A stretch of 63,664 nucleotides of DNA from Anaerolineae bacterium (GTDB taxonomy: Bacteria; Chloroflexota; Anaerolineae; JAAEKA01), in the NCBI GenBank assembly GCA_032111745.1, contig JAULUH010000156.1, forward strand, positions 1-63,664, written 5' to 3'. A program made the position numbers and the translations under genes. Below are positions 54,280 to 62,964 of the stretch, piece after piece (position 1 is the first letter of the stretch; every line of letters starts with the position of its first letter). The notes beneath the pieces are model-generated. The model was not told where the DNA came from, searched no databases, and saw only the letters and a list, made by a program, of their open reading frames with translations.

Positions 54280-55404
54280 CTATTCGCCTGATAACAAGGT
54301 AGTAGCTTGAGCAAGTCTTCGCAGCCGATCAGAGAATCGCTGTCCGAGGATTGCCCGTGCGGTGATTGAGCGGACACCCCGACTTCGAAACCAAGAACGG
54401 TTATAGAGGGCAAACCCCAAGAGACTTTGCCTGACTGCGCGATAGTCGCCCAGTTCTGCCGCGCGAAAGAACCATACCCTATAGAATTGTTGCCGCAGTT
54501 TGCTCATCAAGTGCGGATCCAATTCGGCGTACTGCTTCAGCGTATCCAAGGCTTGTGCAGCCTTCCTTGGAGACGTGTCGACGAAGGACCAGGGACAGAG
54601 CGCCTCAGCCATTTCGATCACGTACTTCAGCTTCCCTTGCATAACGATATCATGGTACTTGAAGTCGAGGCCTCGATCAATCGCATCATAGGCTTGCAGC
54701 ATGTGCGGCAACCATTCCAGCGGAGGCGTCCCGGAATAGACCCCCCCTGAGTGAACCCGGTAAGCAGCCATGATCTCATCAAGATACCCCGCCTTTCCAT
54801 GCTGAGCCACCAGCACCCACAGGGGCCAGTCTCCCACGCCGAGATCGTGGTACCATGCGGGCATAGCGCTGAGCAAGTCGTTGCGAAATATGACGGAGGA
54901 AGTGGGCAGAGGATTCCGAAACACAATGTCCTCAATGGACAGAAAGGGCTTTTGGTCAGCTGGGACCACTGGAGTAGGTTCTATGGCGTCATCCTCGTGT
55001 AGACGCATGACATTGTGATAGCACAGGCTGCACTCAGGATGCGCCTCCAAGAAATCGACCTGCTTCTGCAACTTGAGTGAATCGGTCCAGTAGTCGTCAC
55101 CATCGCACAATGCCACGTAGTGGCCACGACATGCCGCCAACGTTGCGACAAAGTTGGCCATCATTCCCTGGTTGCGCTCCGGCAAGAGAAGTCGAATCCG
55201 CCCTGGATAGCGTTCCCTATAGGTACTAACAATCATGCGCGTGTTATCGGTTGAACAATCCTCGCCGATCACAAGCTCAAACTCGAAACCCGACTTCTGC
55301 ATGAGCACGCTCTCGATGGCCTGCGCGATATATCGTTCGTGGTTATACGTGATCATGACCACGCTGACTTTGACGCTGGCCGGGACATGGTCTGTGGCAT
55401 TCAT
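54280..55404 (-). CDS. Glycosyltransferase family 2
   Basis: VSVVMITYNHERYIAQAIESVLMQKSGFEFELVIGEDCSTDNT and CDGDDYW motifs. Confidence 0.85.
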   Translation of the reverse strand: MNATDHVPASVKVSVVMITYNHERYIAQAIESVLMQKSGFEFELVIGEDCSTDNTRMIVSTYRERYPGRIRLLLPERNQGMMANFVATLAACRGHYVALCDGDDYWTDSLKLQKQVDFLEAHPECSLCYHNVMRLHEDDAIEPTPVVPADQKPFLSIEDIVFRNPLPTSSVIFRNDLLSAMPAWYHDLGVGDWPLWVLVAQHGKAGYLDEIMAAYRVHSGGVYSGTPPLEWLPHMLQAYDAIDRGLDFKYHDIVMQGKLKYVIEMAEALCPWSFVDTSPRKAAQALDTLKQYAELDPHLMSKLRQQFYRVWFFRAAELGDYRAVRQSLLGFALYNRSWFRSRGVRSITARAILGQRFSDRLRRLAQATTLLSGE

Positions 55405-56624
55405 TAGCGCTGCCTCTCCCAGATGCCTTCTAGTCGCGCTATTAACTCCTTACTATCCTTAACAGCCAGGCGCATAATGGCACAGATAACTGCAATCTCC
55501 TCCGGTCCCACGGCCATACCAGTGGGTAAAGACATCACCCGCTTTGCCAGCATCTCTGTCTCCGGCAACAGCAGTCCGGCATGGGGAAAACAGGAACGAT
55601 ATGGCTGCATTTGATGGCAGCCGGGGAAGAAATAGCGTCTGGCTAGTACGTTTTCGGCGTGCAGCATGCGTACCAAATCGTCGCGGTTGATGCCCGCCAC
55701 CGCGTCGTCGACTTCGACGATCACATACTGGAAGTTGTTGCGCTCAGTCTCATCATAGGTGATCAGCTGAATACCCGGTATAGCCTGTAGTCCAGCCCGA
55801 TATGCCACATAGTTACGATGGTTGGCCGCAATGAAATGGTCCAGCGAGTCCAATCCGGTGAGACCCATGGCTGCCGCAACCTCGCTCATCTTGCCGTTGC
55901 TACCGATGTAGATGACACTGTCGAGGCCGTCAAAGCCAAAATTCTTCATTAGCCGTATCTTGGCCGCCAGGTCGTCATCGTTGGTCGCCACAGCACCACC
56001 TTCAAAGGTGTTGAAGAACTTGGTGGCGTGAAAACTGAAAACCTCTGCATGGCCGAAGCTGCCGATCATACGACCCGTGTAGGAGCAGCCAAAGGCATGG
56101 GCGGCATCGAACATCAGTTTGAGGCTGCGGCGTCGAGCGATCTCGCTCAGTTCCTCAATAGCACACGACCGGCCCCACACATGTACGCCGACGATGCCGG
56201 TGGTGCGCGGGGTGATCAACGCCTCCACCTTACCCGGATCAAGGTTGTGGGTGGTCGGGTCCACGTCACAGAAAACGGGCGTGATCTCTTGCCACTGCAG
56301 GGCGTGGGCCGTGGCAATGAAGGTGAAGGAGGGGACAATCACCTCGCCGCGCAGTCCGAGGGCACGAATAGCGATTTCCAGCGCCACGGTGGCGTTGCAC
56401 ATAGCGATGCAGTGCTTAACTCCCAGGAAGTCAGCGACCCGCTGCTCCAATTCTTGCACGAGAGGACCATTGTTGGTCAGCCAGCGGCGGTCCAACAGAT
56501 CGTTGATCCGGCCTAAGAGCGCAGCGCGATCGCCGATGTTAGGGCGACCAACATGCAGCGGCTCGCAAAAGGAAGGCTGACCACCCAACAATGCCAGGTC
56601 TTCTATGCTGCTCTTGCTGCTCAT
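55404..56624 (-). CDS. DegT/DnrJ/EryC1/StrS-family sugar aminotransferase (PLP-dependent)
   Basis: Start at ATG MSSKSSIEDLALLGG. DAAHAFG and SFHATKFFNTFEGG (PLP Lys) motifs. Confidence 0.9.
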   Translation of the reverse strand: MSSKSSIEDLALLGGQPSFCEPLHVGRPNIGDRAALLGRINDLLDRRWLTNNGPLVQELEQRVADFLGVKHCIAMCNATVALEIAIRALGLRGEVIVPSFTFIATAHALQWQEITPVFCDVDPTTHNLDPGKVEALITPRTTGIVGVHVWGRSCAIEELSEIARRRSLKLMFDAAHAFGCSYTGRMIGSFGHAEVFSFHATKFFNTFEGGAVATNDDDLAAKIRLMKNFGFDGLDSVIYIGSNGKMSEVAAAMGLTGLDSLDHFIAANHRNYVAYRAGLQAIPGIQLITYDETERNNFQYVIVEVDDAVAGINRDDLVRMLHAENVLARRYFFPGCHQMQPYRSCFPHAGLLLPETEMLAKRVMSLPTGMAVGPEEIAVICAIMRLAVKDSKELIARLEGIWERQR

Positions 56625-56657
56625 TGATCCAACGTTCTCTTGACCCTGGCCCAGTAC
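56540..56657. repeat. Direct repeat copy 2 (~117 bp)
   Basis: It contains the intact aminotransferase start. Upstream, in another frame, it retains ARVKRTLDQ*, identical to the last 9 codons of acetyltransferase 50990..51667, with an ATGA stop/start overlap. Confidence 0.8.
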
Positions 56658-56951
56658 CTCGACAGCAGCCTTGGACTGATCGCTGCGGAGCTGGCCGAGA
56701 CAGCGGTGTACTTGAGTGAGGACGTCAGTCTGGATACCATGCACATCATCGCTTAGGTGAGAGAGCAGTCACAAAACCTACATTAGCGCCCGCTACGCCA
56801 AGGCGAAACAGCCCAGGAACCTGTCCTGAGCGATGCCGAAGGGGCGATCCCGATTGCCGACTGGGATGCTAGCGATGTCACAACCAGCGGGCCAACCTAA
56901 ATTCCAACAGCCTCGACGCAGGTCGGCATGACTTTAGTTCTGGCAAAGGCC

Positions 56952-57692
56952 CTATGGTGCTTCTCTCCAGTGATCCTCTGTAGAACGCCTGATCCAACAG
57001 AGATTCTCGATACAGCCAGCAACAAACCAAGCGCCAGAGGACAGAGCCAGCCCGATGGTCTGGGAGACCCCTTGGTACCAGAGCGAGTCGTGAAATGCAA
57101 TAGTCGCGTCGTCAGCTAACCACGGTGTGATTCGCTCGAAATCCGACCTGACAGCCTCGAGACTGTGATCACCGTCGATAAAGGCCAGGTTGATCGGACC
57201 AGGTACGTCGTATCGCATCAATTGATCACTTCGCTTCCTCACCGTGATCAACTGGGGGCGTATCCCCTCGGTGTTGCACAGAAATTCGGAATAGGTATCA
57301 CGAATCCCATCAGGCATAGTCTCATTCTGCCACGTATCCACGCACACGACTTTACCACCTATCTTGGCAGCGCCGGCACCCAAATAGCAGGTCGATGCAC
57401 CCAAATAAGAGCCAATCTCCAACATGGTGGCACCCGGTGGACAATTCCTAGCAAGTCGATAAAGGGCTCTCAACTCTTGCTGGCTTGTGAATGTGAAGAT
57501 CTGCGAGGCTGCACCCACACCTGCCCTTCGTAGATTCGACTCGATTGCGTATGTATCAATTCTCTCGCAAAGGGTTCGGGCCCATCTGAAACCCACCTGA
57601 GTTGGAATCAGTGCTAGAGCTATCACGGGATTGCTGTATATTTCAAGACAGTTCTCGGTATGACGTGACCCTGGCCAACTGTATGGTAGCAT
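56952..57692 (-). CDS. Class I SAM-dependent methyltransferase (Methyltransf_24/TylF-like)
   Basis: MLEIGSYLGASTCYLGAG ... VVCVDTW ... LAFIDGDHSLEAVRSDFE motifs. Confidence 0.8.
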   Translation of the reverse strand: MLPYSWPGSRHTENCLEIYSNPVIALALIPTQVGFRWARTLCERIDTYAIESNLRRAGVGAASQIFTFTSQQELRALYRLARNCPPGATMLEIGSYLGASTCYLGAGAAKIGGKVVCVDTWQNETMPDGIRDTYSEFLCNTEGIRPQLITVRKRSDQLMRYDVPGPINLAFIDGDHSLEAVRSDFERITPWLADDATIAFHDSLWYQGVSQTIGLALSSGAWFVAGCIENLCWIRRSTEDHWREAP

Positions 57693-57923
57693 TCGACAGG
57701 CTCAGAAGCCAGTCACGTCAAGACGCAACCGGCACGTAATCGGGTGATGAGCTTGTTACGTTTGAACGTAATCGGGGTTGACACTGCCACGCTCAAATGC
57801 AACGGGCCCACAACAGACCAAAGCCTGTCCAACCCTATCCCAGACACAGGAGGTTGGCCACGATCATCGCGTGTCCCAATCCACCCCCGTTGAGGAGATT
57901 GGGAGAAGCACCGATCTCGACGA

Positions 57924-58898
57924 TCATGGCACTGGCTCGAGTTGTTGCATGGAAACAAGAGGGTACGCTAGCATGAAAGATGCTACAGTATGTCGCAGCC
58001 CTTCGGCCAGCGAGATGGTCGGCTGGTAGCCCAGCCGCGATTCGGCCTTGGCAATCGCTGCCGCCGAGTGCTTCACCTCACCCGCCCGCGCCGGCGCAAA
58101 GGTTGGTGCCACCGGCCGCCCAGTAGCCTCAGCCACCAGCGCCACCAGCTGCAACAGGGTAATGCTCTGGCCACTGGCAATGTTGAAGGTCTCGCCGGCC
58201 ACACCCTCAGCGCGGCACGCCAGGAGATTGGCCTCGGCAATGTTGCCGACATAGACGAAATCGCGCGTTTGCAGACTATCGCCGTAGATGACAGGCGCGC
58301 GGCCGGCCAGCATCAGGGTGATGAACTTGGGGATCACCGCCGCGTACTCGGCGTTGGGATCCTGGCGCGGCCCGAATGCGTTGAAGTAGCGCAGGCACAC
58401 CGTCTCCAGCCCGTACACCTCCGCAAAGGTCCGCGCGTACTGTTCGCCCGCCAACTTCGATGCTGCATAGGGCGACAAGGGGTCCGGTCGCATATCCTCC
58501 TGATGAGGCAATACCGGGTTGTTGCCGTAGGCTGCACTGGACCCGGCGTACACCACCCGCCGCACGCCAGCATCCCGGGCCGCCAGCAGCACATTCAGGG
58601 TGCCGGTGGCGTTTACCTCGTGATTGGCCCTCGGGTCGGCAATCGAGCCCACCACCGACGCCAGGGCCGCGTGATGCAGCACGTAGTCCACCCCGGCCAT
58701 GGCCGCCCGCACGGCATGGAGGTCACGGATGTCCCCCTCGACGAACTCAATCCGGCTCAACCAGGGCCGCAGGTTGTCGATCGTGCCGGTCAAGAGGTTG
58801 TCCAGCACCCGCACTCGGGCACCGTCTTCTTGCAGCAAACGCTCGACGATGTTGGATCCAATAAACCCGGCTCCGCCGGTTACCAAGAACAAGATCAT
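57924..58898 (-). CDS. NAD-dependent nucleotide-sugar epimerase/dehydratase (extended SDR; UDP-sugar 4-epimerase-like)
   Basis: VTGGAGFIGSNIV, catalytic YAASK, and RYFNAFGPRQDP typical of WbpP/TviC-like epimerases. Confidence 0.9.
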   Translation of the reverse strand: MILFLVTGGAGFIGSNIVERLLQEDGARVRVLDNLLTGTIDNLRPWLSRIEFVEGDIRDLHAVRAAMAGVDYVLHHAALASVVGSIADPRANHEVNATGTLNVLLAARDAGVRRVVYAGSSAAYGNNPVLPHQEDMRPDPLSPYAASKLAGEQYARTFAEVYGLETVCLRYFNAFGPRQDPNAEYAAVIPKFITLMLAGRAPVIYGDSLQTRDFVYVGNIAEANLLACRAEGVAGETFNIASGQSITLLQLVALVAEATGRPVAPTFAPARAGEVKHSAAAIAKAESRLGYQPTISLAEGLRHTVASFMLAYPLVSMQQLEPVP

Positions 58899-58942
58899 AG
58901 CCGCTCTTTCATCTACTCGCGTAGCTCAGTGTTCGTCGCAGC

Positions 58943-59338
58943 TCAAGCCCGCGCGCTCCGTGCCACCAACAGGATCCCGGCACAGATCACGCCGATGCCC
59001 ACCCAGCGCACCAGTGGAATGGACTCGCCCAAAATCAGCGATGCGGACAGGGCAACCAACACAAAATTCAAGGCCAGGAATGGGTAGGCCACGCTCAGGT
59101 CGAGCCTGGTCAGCGCCGCGATCCAGGCCAGGGCCGCCAGCACGTAACAGGCCAGCCCCAGCAACACTAGAGGCTCAGAGAAGATAATGCCCAGCACACC
59201 CAGGAGACCTGCGCCACCTTCGCCCAACCCGGCGTGATTCACGCCCAGCTTCATGGTCGTCTGCCCGACCACGCCGGCCGCGATAGACAAGGCAATCAGT
59301 CCGTAGGGAGCAAGGCTCTGTCGTTGGCTTATGGCCAT
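58943..59338 (-). CDS. Small 4-TM EamA/SMR-like transporter (ArnE/ArnF- or GtrA-type polyprenyl-P-sugar flippase candidate)
   Basis: Start at ATG MAISQRQSL, because the track start overlaps the upstream gene. 131 aa with 4 hydrophobic helices. LTRLDLSVAYPFLALNFVLVALSASLILGESIPLVRWVGIGVICAGILLV. Confidence 0.7.
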   Translation of the reverse strand: MAISQRQSLAPYGLIALSIAAGVVGQTTMKLGVNHAGLGEGGAGLLGVLGIIFSEPLVLLGLACYVLAALAWIAALTRLDLSVAYPFLALNFVLVALSASLILGESIPLVRWVGIGVICAGILLVARSARA

Positions 59339-59360
59339 CCTATAGCATTTCCGGTTTCTA

Positions 59361-61094
59361 TTATGGCGCATCGCCTGCGGCCCGCCGCACGTCCGCCGCA
59401 TGCCCTGGCTCGCCGATGTGCTCATACCACCAGGCGCGTATCTCAAGTTGGCCTTCGCTCAGCTCCAGCGGCTGCCACAGTTCCGCAGCCCGTCCGGTAT
59501 CTCCGGCGATGGCGTAGATTTCACCCAATAGCTGGCGGGTGACTCGCTGCCCTGGAGCCGTCTCATAGGCTGCCTCCAGGTGACGACGCGCACCCTCGTA
59601 GTCGCCGCGCGACAGCTCGATCTGCCCCACCCGGCGGTTCGCTGTGGTATTTGCCGGGTCGCGAGCCAGCGCGGCCTGGTAATGAGCCAGGGCCGGGCCT
59701 AGGTCGACCCGAGGCGAACGCCGCAACTCATCCTGAATCGGCCACTTGGGCCACTCATACACACCCAGCTCAGCCCTGGTCTGCGCCACTGCACCCAGAT
59801 TCGCCTGCAACGCCGCCTGCCCACCGGGCAACACCAACACGACCAGCACCAGGACCAGCGCTATCGCCAGAGCCACGGGTACCCACAGCCTCCCTGCCGA
59901 GGCAGCGAAGCTTCCGCCGCCAGCCAGTCCGGCTGCGCCCGCCGCAAAGCCGATGGGCAGGAACATCACCACGGCCAGCATGCTGCTGTAAGCGCCCACA
60001 TCGCTCAAGCCGTGCACCACCTCTGCGGCCAGCGCCGCGCCAGCGGCATAGCCAAACACTGGCGTGGCACAGGCCGGGCTGGTGGCCCGCAATACGCTCC
60101 ACGCGGCCAGCACCAGCAGGCAGAGGAACGCGACCAGGCCAAACACGCCCTGCTCCACGGCCACCTGCACGAACAGGTTGTGCATGTGGGTGATGAAGCC
60201 CACGTGCAGCAGCCGGCCATACGTGGAGTAGACCATCATGGTGCTGCCCAGCCCGCTCCCCGTGAAGGGGTAGTCGGACACCAGGTCCAGGCCATCCCGC
60301 CACAGGGTCGCCCGGCCAATGGCCCCCTGGCCTGCGCTCACCGAACCCATGGCATCCGCCAGGCCCGGCACCCGCACCACAGCCCAGAAGGCGGCCACCA
60401 GCGCGACCAGCGCCAGCACCGCCAACACGTCCAGGAGAATGCGCCGGGCCGGCTCGCGGTACCAACGACGGCGCAAACCCAGGTACACAACCGCCAGCAC
60501 CCCGGCCCCCATGCCCAGCCAGGCGCCGCGCGATACGCTCATCGCTAGCGCCACCGCACCCAATAGCCAGGCCAGCCCGGCCAGGACCACCAGCCACCGC
60601 CGCCGGCCACAGCGCCAGAGCCACCCCAAGCCGGCAGTGCCAAGCCACAGCAGGATGATTAGCCCGCTGGCGGCCACGTTGGCATTGATATCCTCGGGCA
60701 CCGGCAGCGCCGGACGGTTGGCCTGGATCCACTGCCCGGTTGCCAGCAAGGGGGCGAACTTGCCTGGCCCCGCGGTCCACTGGTAGGTCAGCAAGAAATA
60801 GGCACCCAGGGCACCCGCCAGCAGCGCACAGATCACGCTGGCGGAGGCCAGGCCCCGGGCGCCACCTACAGGTCCCATCCACGCCACCACCAAAGCCAGG
60901 ACCAGACCGGCAGCTAGCGGCCAGAATCTATCCCAGGCTGCCGCGCGATCGTAGGCTGCCCATACCCCGAGCAGCGTCGTGAGCAAGAAGGCCAGGACCA
61001 CGACGATAAGAACGCCGGTTGGCCTGGCCCGGATCTCTGTCTTCTGGTCTAGCTCGCCGCCACTGGCCCGCTCGGACAGTCCAGTGGTGGTCAT
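59361..61094 (-). CDS. O-antigen ligase/polymerase-like membrane protein (Wzy_C) with C-terminal TPR domain
   Basis: Polytopic protein with ITHMHNLFVQVAVEQGVFGLVAFLCLL loop motif. The C-terminal ~150 aa hold TPR-like repeats (ALAHYQAALARDPANTTANRRVGQIELSRGDYEGARRHLEAAYE). Confidence 0.8.
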   Translation of the reverse strand: MTTTGLSERASGGELDQKTEIRARPTGVLIVVVLAFLLTTLLGVWAAYDRAAAWDRFWPLAAGLVLALVVAWMGPVGGARGLASASVICALLAGALGAYFLLTYQWTAGPGKFAPLLATGQWIQANRPALPVPEDINANVAASGLIILLWLGTAGLGWLWRCGRRRWLVVLAGLAWLLGAVALAMSVSRGAWLGMGAGVLAVVYLGLRRRWYREPARRILLDVLAVLALVALVAAFWAVVRVPGLADAMGSVSAGQGAIGRATLWRDGLDLVSDYPFTGSGLGSTMMVYSTYGRLLHVGFITHMHNLFVQVAVEQGVFGLVAFLCLLVLAAWSVLRATSPACATPVFGYAAGAALAAEVVHGLSDVGAYSSMLAVVMFLPIGFAAGAAGLAGGGSFAASAGRLWVPVALAIALVLVLVVLVLPGGQAALQANLGAVAQTRAELGVYEWPKWPIQDELRRSPRVDLGPALAHYQAALARDPANTTANRRVGQIELSRGDYEGARRHLEAAYETAPGQRVTRQLLGEIYAIAGDTGRAAELWQPLELSEGQLEIRAWWYEHIGEPGHAADVRRAAGDAP

Positions 61095-61124
61095 TCAAGC
61101 TCCATGGGACAGCGCGCGTCGCGC

Positions 61125-62831
61125 TCAGCTCCGTACGAACTTCACCGTCTGCACGCCCACGCTGACCGCGCTCTTGAAGCCCTCCCAGGTGTTCAGGCCC
61201 TTGACAAAGGTCACCATCGGCCCAGGGCGGAACGACCACTCCCGCGTCGCCCGCTTCTGCCAATACTCCAGCTGCTCCGCCGTCAGGCCGCTCTCGTGGT
61301 AGTCCAGCACGGTCGACTGGTCCATATCCACCTCTTCCCACTTGGTGCCGGGGCGGAACCAGTTGTTCTCCACGACCTCGTAGAAGAAGGGGGTGCCAGG
61401 ATAGGGCGCCGCGATATGGAACAGGGCGATGTCCAGGGGCAGGCTCTTGCTATAGGCGATGGTCTCCTGGATCGTCTCCTCGGTCTCGCCAGGCAGGCCG
61501 ATAATGAAATAGCCCCAGTTCTTGATGCCGGCGGCATGGGACCAGGCCAGGGCATCGTAGGCCTGCTGCTTGCGGTAGCCCTTGCGGGCCCGCTTCAGGA
61601 TCTGCTCGTTGGAACTCTCAATGCCCCACGAGATCAGGTAGCAGCCAGCCTGGCCCATCAACTGGAGCATCTCCGCGTCCACGTAGTCCACCCGGCTGTT
61701 GCACGTCCAGTTCACCTTCAGCCCGTTGTCGACGATGAGCTTGCACAGGCCCACCACCTGGTCCCGGTTGACGGTGAACAGGTCTGCGTACATGTGCACA
61801 TTGTGTATGCCCAGGTCCGACAGCAACACCAATTCCTGGTAGATGTTCTCCGGTGAACGCAGCCGCACGCTGTTCTGGTAACTGACGTGTTTGATGCAGT
61901 ATTTGCAGCCGGCCGGGCAACCACGGCTGCTGACGATGAAGGTGAACGGCCCCTTGATCATGGGCATGCGCTGCTTGTCCAACGGCAACAGGTGATGCAA
62001 CGGCATCGGCAGGTCGTCCATATCCGGGAAAAAGGGCCGGTCACGATTGATGATGATGGTATCGCCATGGCGCCACGCCAGCCCCATGATGTTGGCCAGG
62101 GGAGAGGTCAGCGCCTCGCTCAACACGTCCTGCGGCACCCGCTCCAGGGTGCTGGACGCAAATGGGGACAGGAAGAGGTCCAGGCCGTCGCCATTGCGCA
62201 CCGTGGTGCCGCGGGCCATCCTGGTGTCCTCCACGATCTTGGCCACGCTGGGGTTGCTAGGAGACTTGCCCTCCAGGGTGTCCAAAAGCTCCCGCAACGT
62301 CCCCTCCGGCTCCCCGCGCAGCACAAAATCCAGCGCCGGGAAGGGCCGCATGGTCTCCATGGTCATTGGAGTCACGTGGGTGCCGAAGCCCATGGTCAGC
62401 GCCCCCACCGACTTGGCCACGAATACCCCATACATGTCGTTGCGCAGTGTCGGCGCGGTGACCTGGGTCAGGTAGTACCTGGGACGCTTCTCGTCGACCA
62501 GTTTCTCGAACTCTTCCCAGGTCATGCGCGTGGCGATGCAGTCCACCACCTCGACCGTGTAGTCAGGCACCAGCAGCGCCGCCAGCTGGGCCAGGCTGAC
62601 CTGGGGCCAGATCATGTTCTCACGGCTGCGCCGGCCCACCCGATGCTGGCTGCGGATCCAGATGCCGCCATCCGGGGAGGGCGGGTTCACCAGCATGATA
62701 TCGACGCTGCCGGCCGGCCGCGTGGAAGAAGTCAAGGTCTGCACCGCTGCACCAGCATCAGGGAAGTCCGATGGCCGCAGGGGAGGCACTCGCCGCGTGC
62801 CAAGGTTGGTTTTCACATCGCTTTCAGTCAT
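61125..62831 (-). CDS. B12-binding-domain radical SAM protein (class B rSAM)
   Basis: N-terminal cobalamin-binding-type domain (IMLVNPPSP...VEVVDCIA). Radical SAM core FIVSSRGCPAGCKYC (CxxxCxxC). 568 aa. Confidence 0.85.
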   Translation of the reverse strand: MTESDVKTNLGTRRVPPLRPSDFPDAGAAVQTLTSSTRPAGSVDIMLVNPPSPDGGIWIRSQHRVGRRSRENMIWPQVSLAQLAALLVPDYTVEVVDCIATRMTWEEFEKLVDEKRPRYYLTQVTAPTLRNDMYGVFVAKSVGALTMGFGTHVTPMTMETMRPFPALDFVLRGEPEGTLRELLDTLEGKSPSNPSVAKIVEDTRMARGTTVRNGDGLDLFLSPFASSTLERVPQDVLSEALTSPLANIMGLAWRHGDTIIINRDRPFFPDMDDLPMPLHHLLPLDKQRMPMIKGPFTFIVSSRGCPAGCKYCIKHVSYQNSVRLRSPENIYQELVLLSDLGIHNVHMYADLFTVNRDQVVGLCKLIVDNGLKVNWTCNSRVDYVDAEMLQLMGQAGCYLISWGIESSNEQILKRARKGYRKQQAYDALAWSHAAGIKNWGYFIIGLPGETEETIQETIAYSKSLPLDIALFHIAAPYPGTPFFYEVVENNWFRPGTKWEEVDMDQSTVLDYHESGLTAEQLEYWQKRATREWSFRPGPMVTFVKGLNTWEGFKSAVSVGVQTVKFVRS

Positions 62832-62964
62832 AGATGGGTTCCTTCTCCCTGTATCAATAATCGCTCAAATGCCGGTCTGGATTAGCCGGTGAATCCGAGG
62901 CGTTAGTAACAGGTCACCGGCGAAGTCGGCTAAGCCTACCACCATCTCGGCCGATCCACTGCAA

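Noticed and set aside
50909-56657. Insertion sequence or transposon bounded by the 117-bp repeats
   Set aside because: The repeats are direct, not inverted, and consist of gene-junction sequence. No transposase, integrase or recombinase lies between them or anywhere in the window.
56897-57100. 67-aa minus-strand ORF
   Set aside because: It overlaps the 3' end of the methyltransferase gene in another frame and has no SD.
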